Assembly (NCBI GenBank): GCA_963823335.1
Contig: CAWGLD010000002.1
Span: forward strand, 105,044 to 169,043
From: an uncultured delta proteobacterium
Lineage (GTDB): Bacteria > Desulfobacterota > Desulfobacteria > Desulfobacterales > B30-G6
DNA length: 64,000 bases
Direction: 5' to 3'
The notes below the pieces were generated by a model. It had not been told where the DNA came from. It did not search any database and was given only the letters and a program-made list of their open reading frames with translations. The first letter of the stretch is position 1; each line of letters starts with the position of its first letter. Position numbers and translations under genes: made by a program. Below, in pieces: positions 29,234 through 37,755 of the stretch.

Positions 29234-30614
29234 ATGAAATCAAAACGCATTATTCTATCCATGGGTGTGCTGATATGCACCCTGCTGCTGATATTGGGTG
29301 GCTGCAGCTCCAATTCTTCCAACAATTCCAATAATGACAAGGTTAAAGACACTGTCGAAGATCCCTTGTTCGCAGATGCGATCTTTTCCAACCCCACCCA
29401 GATCGACAACCAGTACCTGCCCCTCATACCTGGCACCGTGCATCTTTATAACGGGGTGGCGAGGGTGTTCGAAACGCTCGTTATGAGTACGAGACAACCA
29501 CAGAGGTCGACGGGGTGACCAGCGTCATCGTTCAGGACCGCGTATTCGAGGACGATTTGCTGATCGAGGATACCTATGACTGGTTTGCCCAGGATGACGA
29601 TGGCATTGTCTGGTACTTGGGCGAAGACGTGACCAACTATGAGTACGACGACGATGACATTCTTCTCGGCACCGATAACGAAGGCGCCTGGGAATCCGGT
29701 GTGGACGGTGCAATAGCCGGTATCGTCATGAAGGCCACCTTGGTTGTTAACGACTCCTACCACAGGAGTACGAAGACGGCGAAGCAGAGGACATGGGAAG
29801 GATTATAGCCCTGGATGTTCAGGTTGATCTCAAGGACGGCAGTGTCTATGCGAACTGCCTCAAAACCCTGGATTGGAACCCCTTCGAGCCGGATGACAAA
29901 GAGAACAAATATTATGCCCCGGATGTCGGCATGATTAGGGAAGAGCTCAAGGAAGACCCAAAAGAGGAGAACGCCGAACTGATAGGGATATTCCTCGTGG
30001 GTAGCGACCAGGTGCCTGACCTTGGCGCGGCTGCTTTCAGTGATCCCACGACCATCGACAACACCTATCTGCCGATGATTGTCGGAACGATACTTACGTA
30101 CGAGGCAGATACCGAGGACGGGGTAGAGACGATCACCACTGAGGTTCTTGACGAAACCCGGGTCGTTAACGGGGTCTTGTGCAGGGTATTTAATGACAAA
30201 GTAACCCTCGACGGCCTGCTGATCGAAATATCCTATAACTTCATTGCCCAGGCGGAAGACGGAACCGTATGCTATTTCGGGGAAGATGTGGACATATATG
30301 ACAATGATGTTCGTTGTGTCTAACGATGGCGCATGGCGTGCCGGTGAGAATGGAAATCTTCCCGGGATTTTGATGCCGGGGGCCCCCCAGGTGGGGGACA
30401 CGTTCTTTCAGGAATACTGCCCCAGGTGATGCTGAAGACATGAGCTCCATCGTTGCCTTCGGTGATCCCATCGCTGTTCCGGCGGGAGATTTTGATGAGG
30501 ACGTTGACAGCGGAAGATTGCAATCCCCTGGAAGACGCCGAAACAGATATCGGAAGGTTTATGTAAGTGGTCGGCCTGGCCATTGATGACGTTGCGGAAC
30601 TGATTGAATATTAA
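29234..30614 (+). pseudogene. Lipoprotein with two tandem copies of the DW.AQD..G.VWY.GE domain, frameshifted
   Basis: RBS AAGGAG and lipobox LGGC. Repeats FSNPTQIDNQYLPL / FSDPTTIDNTYLPM, TYDWFAQDDDGIVWYLGED / FIAQAEDGTVCYFGED, and KYYAPDVG. Confidence 0.65.
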
Positions 30615-30647
30615 AAATCTACGGGCCTATAACCCAAATGATGGACT

Positions 30648-30701
30648 GTGGGAGTGGTTTACAGCCGCGAGACCGACCTTCGCGGCTGTAAACCTGCCCC
30701 A
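30648..30701. repeat. REP doublet (REPIN-like inverted pair) between convergent genes
   Basis: GTGGGAGTGGTTTACAGCCGCGA-N9-TCGCGGCTGTAAACCTGCCCCA. Confidence 0.6.
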
Positions 30702-30902
30702 GGATCAGATACGGTTTAATGGTAACCCGGGCTTTCCAAATAGGCTCGATTAAACTGTCTGTTCCAGAGGATGCAACCCCATTCAAATACAGGAGGAAAA
30801 GATGAAACACACCTGGCTATTAACCATTTTTGTTTCAATTTTTATGATCAAGAGGCCATTCTGGTTACCGGCGGTGTGCTTTTTAGGTGGTAATACCTGA
30901 AT

Positions 30903-33227
30903 TTATCGGGTGTTGGAGGTTCCGCCACCCGGCACGGTGCCGGGGCTTTCGCCATTGACCCATTTCAACTCAAGCGGTTTCTGCGTATCCAGGTGAACAT
31001 CCCGCTGCGGAAACGCGATAACCAGCCCGGCTTTTCGAAACAGGTCGTCGATGCTGAAGCGCACACTACTTTCAATGGTACGCCGCTCGATGATTTTGTT
31101 GACCTGAATCCAGAAAAAGACGTCGAAAATGAGTGCATTGTCGCCAAAATCATGAAAAAGTACAAAAGGCTCTGGTTTTTTGATCACCCTGTTGTTTTCC
31201 TGGACCGCTTTGAGCAGCAGGCGTCGGGTTTCCTGGACCGGTGAGCCGTAGATCACGCCAACCCTCACGCTGGTTCGGATTTTGTGGTCTGAGAGGGTCC
31301 AGTTGGTGATGTTTTTTTCAAGAAAAGTGCTGTTAGGTACCAGGATGTGAATATTTTCACCAGTCCGGATACGCGTGCACCTGGCGCCGATTTCTTCGAC
31401 CTGGCCTACGACTCCCTCGATTTCGATCAAGTCGCTGAGACTGATCGGTCTTTCCGCCAGCATGATAAACCCGCTGATAAAATTGTTGATCAGGTTCTGG
31501 GCGCCAAAACCCAGCCCGATGGCGATAGCGCCACCCAGAAACGCAAATGCGGCAAGCGGGATGTTGACCATCCGCATGGCGAACAGGGCAACCAGCAGAT
31601 ATGTGAAGTAAGTGATTATTTTTTGAATCGTCGCCGCTGTCGTCTGTTTGATGTTGGTGATTGCAAAGAGTCTTTTCGTCAATGCTCGCAACAGGATTTT
31701 GGCAAATGCGATACCCACGAGCAGCACAAACAGGGCCACCGCAATTTCCCTGACGGTAACCGGGTTGTTGTCGATCACCCATATCTCGACCTCCCAGAGA
31801 CCATGGATTTGACGATACCAGCTCAGGATTTTTTGCGTAAAGCCCATAAGTTCGGTCTCGGGCGCCAGTTCTGCCATGGCGCGCCGGGCAAGCTGCTGGT
31901 TCGCCAGCAGCAGGGATGCATATGCCGACCGTTCTTCAGAGAGTTGGCGAAGCGCATCCACTTCGCTTTTCAGCTGCTGTTTGATAACCTCCGCCAGGGT
32001 GTCATCGTCGACTTGCCGGTCAAGAGCTGCGATGCGTGACCGGATCGCATTGGTATGCTGTTGTTCAAGGCTGATACGCTTGAACCACTCCTGCAACAAC
32101 TCCTGGATACGGAGTCTGTCTTTCTCCCGATCAGCCGGGTCGAGGCTTTCTTTTAACAAGCGGTAGCGTATCTGCCAGAGGTTTTTCTGTTCCAGCAGGA
32201 GCTGAAGCATGGCCCCGGTTATTTCCTGGGTGATCTGATGGGTTTCGAACCATGTTTTCCGGGCGGCAGCCGTCGCCTCCAAAACATCTGCTTGGGTCCC
32301 ACCAGCGGCCGCAGAGATGCTCTTGCGGATCGATTGCAGGGACGCGTCCGCTTTTTCACTGCGTCGAATCAGCGGTTCGAGTTTCAGTTCATATTCTTTC
32401 TGCTTTTCCTGGATGGCCGCAATCTGTTTTGTCAGATCTTCTTCGTCATACTGCAAATTTTGTGCTATCCACGCCACATTGCGGCGGGCGCTCTCCGACG
32501 TCTGTTCCAGTAAGGTGACCTGGTGCGAGATGTTTTCCAGGTTGACGGTTTCATACTGCAGCAGGGCGCGAAGATACTCCTCTTCCAGTTCCTGCATCGC
32601 CATCTCGTGCTGCTTCAGCGCATGTTCGTCTGCATCCGAGGATTTGGTCAGCTGTTCATTCAGGCTGCGCAAGTCTTTTTCAACGGCCTTGATCTGTTCC
32701 GTGAGTGCTTCCATGGTTTTTTTGGACAGACTTGCGGCCGTGTTTGCTGCGGATGTCTGTTCGGAGAGGATGGCCTGTGTTTCGAGATGCTCGTCGTAAA
32801 AGCTCAGATTATAGGGGGATTTGCTATGGATGTCGGTTTCCTGCTGGCGCAATTTGTCCCTTAAAACCGATACGTTCTCGACTCGTAACTGCTGTATGTT
32901 CAAGGCGTTTATCAATCGTTCCAATACCGCCTGGGTGGCTTCCAGTTTTTCTGCATTTTCCGATAGTTTTTCAACCGGTATCCCATTCTTTTGCGTAAGA
33001 GATTGGGTTTCGGCCTGTCTGGCGGCTGCCAGACGCAGGCCCACTGTTTCCAAATGCTTTTTTACATCCTCGATACTGACGGGGATCACCTTTCCAGGCG
33101 CCTGCTCTTCTTCGCCGGCCTGCAGATATCCAACCGATACGGTTAAGGAAATCAGCAGCGCAAGGCCGACCGCATAAGAGAGTCCCTTGATCGTGCCGTG
33201 AGACAAATAAAAACGTATTCTTTCCAT
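30903..33227 (-). CDS. Large MscS/MscK-type mechanosensitive channel with a periplasmic coiled-coil region
   Basis: GLGFGAQNLINNFISGFIML, ILVPNSTF, NWTLSD and IAFPQRDVHL motifs. True start likely ATG 33227 (RBS AGGAG); the longer ORF runs through repeats. Confidence 0.88.
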   Translation of the reverse strand: MERIRFYLSHGTIKGLSYAVGLALLISLTVSVGYLQAGEEEQAPGKVIPVSIEDVKKHLETVGLRLAAARQAETQSLTQKNGIPVEKLSENAEKLEATQAVLERLINALNIQQLRVENVSVLRDKLRQQETDIHSKSPYNLSFYDEHLETQAILSEQTSAANTAASLSKKTMEALTEQIKAVEKDLRSLNEQLTKSSDADEHALKQHEMAMQELEEEYLRALLQYETVNLENISHQVTLLEQTSESARRNVAWIAQNLQYDEEDLTKQIAAIQEKQKEYELKLEPLIRRSEKADASLQSIRKSISAAAGGTQADVLEATAAARKTWFETHQITQEITGAMLQLLLEQKNLWQIRYRLLKESLDPADREKDRLRIQELLQEWFKRISLEQQHTNAIRSRIAALDRQVDDDTLAEVIKQQLKSEVDALRQLSEERSAYASLLLANQQLARRAMAELAPETELMGFTQKILSWYRQIHGLWEVEIWVIDNNPVTVREIAVALFVLLVGIAFAKILLRALTKRLFAITNIKQTTAATIQKIITYFTYLLVALFAMRMVNIPLAAFAFLGGAIAIGLGFGAQNLINNFISGFIMLAERPISLSDLIEIEGVVGQVEEIGARCTRIRTGENIHILVPNSTFLEKNITNWTLSDHKIRTSVRVGVIYGSPVQETRRLLLKAVQENNRVIKKPEPFVLFHDFGDNALIFDVFFWIQVNKIIERRTIESSVRFSIDDLFRKAGLVIAFPQRDVHLDTQKPLELKWVNGESPGTVPGGGTSNTR

Positions 33228-33316
33228 GGGTACTCCTGACATGTTGTCGTTGCTATAACCTGAGATAAGCGTTTCAAATTTTAGGAATATGGGATTTAGA
33301 AATAATTTCAAGGAAT

Positions 33317-33447
33317 TTGATTGTTCTACAAACCGCGTGCTCGGCACGCGGTTCCGAACCTGAAATTTAAGGAGACATGCCGTCTCCTTTGGATTTCCCC
33401 CATTTTGGGGGAAATCCAAGCCACCCGTTTCACGGGTGGTAGTTGAC
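33317..33447 (-). mobile_element. 130-bp four-hairpin element, family C, copy 2
   Basis: Hairpins AACCGCGTGC/GCACGCGGTT, GGAGAC/GTCTCC, GGATTTCCCCC/GGGGGAAATCC and CCACCCGT/ACGGGTGG. Ends AGTTGAC. Confidence 0.75.
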
Positions 33448-33451
33448 TCAT

Positions 33452-33503
33452 TTGAACCGAAAAAGCGAGCGCATTCCCCGTAGCTTGCTGCGAGGTTCTT
33501 CAA
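33452..33503 (+). repeat. 52-bp family-B element
   Basis: TTGAACCGAAAAAGCGAGCGCATTCCCCGTAGCTTGCTGCGAGGTTCTTCAA. Confidence 0.85.
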
Positions 33504-33639
33504 TTCTTAAAACTTGAAACCCGTTGGGATTGCCTATCTTACCGCACCTACGGCGTCAGACGCTATGCCGCATAGTTCACTATAGCGGAACAGCATCTTC
33601 CTTGTAGCTACGGCAACCTCGACAATCGCTCAACTTAGG
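33502..33639. repeat. 138-bp intergenic repeat, family A, copy 2 (inverted)
   Basis: Reverse complement of 2711-2848. Confidence 0.85.
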
Positions 33640-33688
33640 TATAAGTGATTTGTTCAACCGACCTTTGTTTGGTGTATCGGTCCGTATT

Positions 33689-35122
33689 TCAATAACTGAC
33701 CTTGATCACCACCTCAACGTCCGGCCATCGTTTTTCGGAGGGTTGTATGGCCGGCGGGGCGATAATTTTGCAAAAAATACTGGTGTTGTTGTAAATGCTG
33801 TCCAGATAAATCGGTGTGGTGATCAGGCTGACGATTGGATCCTTGTTCGGTGTTGCAGGTGAAAGCACCATTACCTTTTCCGGTATCACTTTCATGGACC
33901 TGATCTTCATGTTACCGGGAAGTTTGCCTAACAGCTGTGGCTTGATAAAGACCTCATGCTCCACGATTTCCGCCAGGGTCAATTCAACGGCGGAGGGAAC
34001 CACATCCAGCAAACTGATTTTCCGCGGTAGTCGCAGATTGTCAGCCGTTATGACAAAGGCCTGTTTTCCGGAAACTGTTTTCGACAGGTCGATTTTCACA
34101 CTCAATTCTGACGGGTTGATTGCATCCAGATCTGATTTGGGCCCCGAAAGGTGCAACCGAATAGTTTTATCTTTATCACCCACCAACACGAGATTTTCTG
34201 GCGAAGCCGTGAATTCAACCGGAACAGAAACGACCTTTTCCAGCATTTCTCCCTGAGCAATAAGCAGGGTTGACCAGAAAAAAGTCGCCAGGCCTAAACT
34301 GACCGACATCTGCACAACTGTGCGCCAATGCACTTTCCCCTGCGGTAAATTAAGGGAAGAAGCGGCTGTCTTTTGCCCGTGTTCCGAAATCGAGACAGTG
34401 AGCAGTTCCCGCTTATCCATTACAAGCATTTTTCCTTCTTGAAAGACGGAAATTTTACCACGTTCCTCGGATACGACGATGATCAGCGCATCGGACCGTT
34501 CAGCAAGTCCCATGGCGGCATGATGACGGGTGCCGTAAACCTCGGGCAGCCGTGCACTCTGAGAGACGGGCAGGCGTACCCCAAAACGGGATAGCTTTCC
34601 TTTGGACACAATGATGGCGCCATCATGGCCGGGTGAGTTGGGGTCGAAGATGCTCATGATCAGGGGCGTGCTCGGCATGGCCTCCATTTCGTAACCGCCC
34701 GAAAGCCACTCCTGAATGGGTTCCTTCCCGGGCAGAACCACGATAGCGCCCTGGCGTTTGTTGGCCAGGGTCCAGAGGGCATCAACCAGCAGCCCTGTAA
34801 GCACATCGTCGGAATCGACCTTCTTCGATCTCCGCAGGGAGGCGGCCCTTTCGAAGATTTTGCGCAGTTCGGGCTGAAAAATAACGATCAGAGCAATCAC
34901 GGTGACCTGGCTGAGGTTGCCCAATACCCACTCGATGCCCTTAAGATCGAGTATACTGGCCAGGAAATAGGCGAACATGGCAACCAAAATGCCGGCTGCG
35001 ATACCCCAGGTCCCAAGACGCTGCAGGGTGCGATACAGAAAAAACAATCCGAACGACATCAACAGAATGTCGATCAGCGTGCGCCAGTCAAAAAACTGTT
35101 GGATCAGGAGGGTAAAATCCAT
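33689..35122 (-). CDS. cdaA: Diadenylate cyclase (CdaA/DisA_N) fused to a YbbR/CdaR domain
   Basis: N-terminal TMs, IVIFQPELR, SIFDPNSPGHDGAII and YGTRHHAAMGLAERSDA..VVSEERG, then one more TM and a YbbR-like region (VSVPVEF...LHLSGP...VKIDLS). Confidence 0.85.
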   Translation of the reverse strand: MDFTLLIQQFFDWRTLIDILLMSFGLFFLYRTLQRLGTWGIAAGILVAMFAYFLASILDLKGIEWVLGNLSQVTVIALIVIFQPELRKIFERAASLRRSKKVDSDDVLTGLLVDALWTLANKRQGAIVVLPGKEPIQEWLSGGYEMEAMPSTPLIMSIFDPNSPGHDGAIIVSKGKLSRFGVRLPVSQSARLPEVYGTRHHAAMGLAERSDALIIVVSEERGKISVFQEGKMLVMDKRELLTVSISEHGQKTAASSLNLPQGKVHWRTVVQMSVSLGLATFFWSTLLIAQGEMLEKVVSVPVEFTASPENLVLVGDKDKTIRLHLSGPKSDLDAINPSELSVKIDLSKTVSGKQAFVITADNLRLPRKISLLDVVPSAVELTLAEIVEHEVFIKPQLLGKLPGNMKIRSMKVIPEKVMVLSPATPNKDPIVSLITTPIYLDSIYNNTSIFCKIIAPPAIQPSEKRWPDVEVVIKVSY

Positions 35123-35323
35123 TTGTCATACCTTGTTATTCAGTGTTCAGGATGATCGGCGATTCGTCTTATATTCCAATCCCAGAACACAATAGCTTAA
35201 ATTAATATAAAAACATGTGAATGTAAAATCAATTCCATTATTATTGCATATTGCAACCCATTGACGTATTATAACCTATCTTAAGCCAAAAAAAATGAGA
35301 TGAACAACGCAAGGAGATACAGA

Positions 35324-35779
35324 ATGAAAACGATCAATAAAATTTTGGTTGCAATCGATTTTTCCGAAGATTCCCTTGCTGCAGCTGCGTATGCCGCGAG
35401 ACTTGCCAAGGATATGGGTGCGAAACTTTTATTTACCCACATATACAACAAAAGAAATATTGATACACTGAATATGGATGCGGCTCGAGTTCCCGAATTT
35501 TCAATAAAAGATTACGTGGACGAACTTATGGATGAGCGGAAAAGCAAACTGGAGGATCTGGCTAAGAAACTGAAGTGCGGCCGTCTTGAGGTTGAATTTC
35601 ACGTGGGCATCGGTGTTCCCTATGAAGCTCTCTTGCATGAAATAAAGGAAAAAATGCCGGATCTTCTGGTTATGGGAGCCAAGGGAAGATCGAACGTAAT
35701 GGATATCATCCTCGGATCATGCGCGCAAAAAATGTTTAAAGACAGCCCGATTCCATTACTGAGTATTCGGGGCAAGTAA
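35324..35779 (+). CDS. Universal stress protein
   Basis: KILVAIDFSEDS and DLLVMGAKGRSNVMDIILGSCA motifs. RBS AAGGAG before ATG 35324. Confidence 0.9.
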   Translation: MKTINKILVAIDFSEDSLAAAAYAARLAKDMGAKLLFTHIYNKRNIDTLNMDAARVPEFSIKDYVDELMDERKSKLEDLAKKLKCGRLEVEFHVGIGVPYEALLHEIKEKMPDLLVMGAKGRSNVMDIILGSCAQKMFKDSPIPLLSIRGK

Positions 35780-35801
35780 ACCAGACAGATAACAGGACAA
35801 C

Positions 35802-35852
35802 TGAACCGAAAAAGCGAGCGCATTCCTCGTAGCTTGCTGCGAGGTTCTTCAA
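35802..35852 (+). repeat. Family-B element
   Basis: TGAACCGAAAAAGCGAGCGCATTCCTCGTAGCTTGCTGCGAGGTTCTTCAA. Confidence 0.85.
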
Positions 35853-35897
35853 TCTATTTTACTTTGCGAAAAACTGTGAGACAACTTCGACATCACA

Positions 35898-37601
35898 TTA
35901 TATGGTCTTGAGCGTGATGTCCTCGGCATATTTCTTGAGCAGCAGTTTTTCCGCTTCATCGGTGCCGATCATAATCAGTTCGTCCTTTTCCTGGAAGCGA
36001 ACAGAGGGATCGGGATTGTTGATCATGACACCGTCGCGATTTATGGCGATGACGCTGCAGCCTGTCTGTACACGGATTTGGCTTTCCGCCAAAGATAGAC
36101 CCACAAGAGAAAGATGCATGCCGGCACGGAATACGTTCAATCCCTCGGCGAGCATCAAAACCTCATCGGGTTTGAGAAGATTGAGAATTGTATTGGCGGC
36201 CAGAGAGGCATATGACATCACTAAATCTGCACCTGCTGTGTGTAGTTTTGAGATGTTTCTGTCGAGGTTGGCCCGGCAGATGATCTGGATGTCGGGTTGC
36301 AGCCTTCGGCAGTAAATGGTCAGGTAGATATTCGTGGGATCATCATGGGTTGTGATGATAATGGACGGCGCCTCCTTAATCTCTGCCCTTGTCAGTATGT
36401 TGATATCCGCTGCACTTCCATGGATATACTTGTCATTTAGGATGAGATCCTTATTTTTTTCAATGATTCGATAATCAGTCCCCGCCTGTTCCAGTGCCTT
36501 TGCAGCGGCACGGCCAACCCGCCCACCGCCAAGGATCAGGACCGGCGCCTGGAAATGTTGATAACCGCCAATATGTTCATCATAATTCATGAACTGTTCC
36601 GATGATCCCGCCAATAAAAGGACCGTCGTAGAATTTATGGGTGTCGCAGCAGTGGGTATTTCAAACTTTCCCCTTTCCCAAACACCCACAACCGTAATGC
36701 CGGTTGTTTCTCGCAGCCTGCTTTTCTGGAGAGTCTTTCCTACCAGAGAAGTTCTCATGGCAGGGGCTTCGGCGATGAGAAGCGAGTCAATGTTTCCAAT
36801 GATGTTTGACCGTGTACTCGTCCTGATCACTCTTCTGGACAATGATTGTCCCAGCAGTTTCATGAACTGTAAAACATGAGTGCTTCCAGCCAGCTGTAAA
36901 ATGTCCACCGAGTCGAACAGATCGGCATTGGCAGCGATAGGTACCTTTTTGGAAATCTCCCGCACGGTGAAGGCGATATTGGTATTCATCATGTCGTTTA
37001 TATTGGCAACCACCAGCGCAGCCTCGTGCACATGAATGCGTTTATATGTTTCCGGGTCGCTCAAATCACCCACGACCACGTTATACTCCAGATCGAACAA
37101 TTCCAGCGCGCGCTGTAGATCCTCCGTGATGATAACGTATTCATACTGATACTGTTTCAGGCGCTGTATAAGATTCATGGTAATGGGATCATCGCTTGTC
37201 AGAATGACATGCCCTTTGGTTCCCTTGGGTAGCTCTCGAGGGGCCCTGGCCTTTGTCTGGGCTTCAAGCCAGGGGGCATAAAAGAACTGGATGAAAGTGA
37301 ACGGCAGCATAATGAGCAGAAGTATCAGCCCGGACAGGAGCACTAAGACTGAGAACAGTTTTCCCAAATCCGAGACGAATGTGATATCACCGAAGCCGAG
37401 GGTCGACATTACCGTAAGTGACCAATAAAAGCCTGTAATCCAGCTGAATTCTTGATTCTCCAATTTCATTATGAAGTGAAACAGGACGCTGTAGATGGAA
37501 ATCATCGTTGTCAGGATGAGGAAAAACTTCATCAGCATCCTGATATTTCTTTCTTTTCTACTTGTCAGGATATGGATGAACGGGCCTATGAGAAATTTCA
37601 T
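35898..37601 (-). CDS. Potassium channel, 2-TM pore plus two RCK (TrkA-N/TrkA-C) modules
   Basis: Selectivity filter TVMSTLGFGD, ILGGGRVG, and TrkA-C segments LVGKTL..SRLRETTGITVVG and LVGLSLAESQIRVQTGCSVIAI. Confidence 0.9.
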   Translation of the reverse strand: MKFLIGPFIHILTSRKERNIRMLMKFFLILTTMISIYSVLFHFIMKLENQEFSWITGFYWSLTVMSTLGFGDITFVSDLGKLFSVLVLLSGLILLLIMLPFTFIQFFYAPWLEAQTKARAPRELPKGTKGHVILTSDDPITMNLIQRLKQYQYEYVIITEDLQRALELFDLEYNVVVGDLSDPETYKRIHVHEAALVVANINDMMNTNIAFTVREISKKVPIAANADLFDSVDILQLAGSTHVLQFMKLLGQSLSRRVIRTSTRSNIIGNIDSLLIAEAPAMRTSLVGKTLQKSRLRETTGITVVGVWERGKFEIPTAATPINSTTVLLLAGSSEQFMNYDEHIGGYQHFQAPVLILGGGRVGRAAAKALEQAGTDYRIIEKNKDLILNDKYIHGSAADINILTRAEIKEAPSIIITTHDDPTNIYLTIYCRRLQPDIQIICRANLDRNISKLHTAGADLVMSYASLAANTILNLLKPDEVLMLAEGLNVFRAGMHLSLVGLSLAESQIRVQTGCSVIAINRDGVMINNPDPSVRFQEKDELIMIGTDEAEKLLLKKYAEDITLKTI

Positions 37602-37634
37602 GTCAGTATGTCCTTGGGAAGACTGAGCCCCATA

Positions 37635-37745
37635 TCAATTCTCAGTTTTTTTTATCTCCACGATATCTTTGTTGTCCATGGCGCGGTCAAAATCATTGAC
37701 CAGTTCCTGGGAAAGCAGCATGTCTTTCATGGTATTTAATGACAT
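37635..37745 (-). CDS. Small hypothetical ORF (36 aa; 48 aa if the A8 run is A7)
   Basis: RBS AAGGA and ATG directly after the mgtE stop. The alternative frame ends in an ATGA overlap with the K+ channel start. Confidence 0.4.
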   Translation of the reverse strand: MSLNTMKDMLLSQELVNDFDRAMDNKDIVEIKKTEN

Positions 37746-37755
37746 GTTGATTCCT

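Noticed and set aside
33228-33503. 92-aa N-terminal extension of the MscS ORF
   Set aside because: It is translated repeat DNA (families B and C); a good RBS and signal-like sequence start at 33227.
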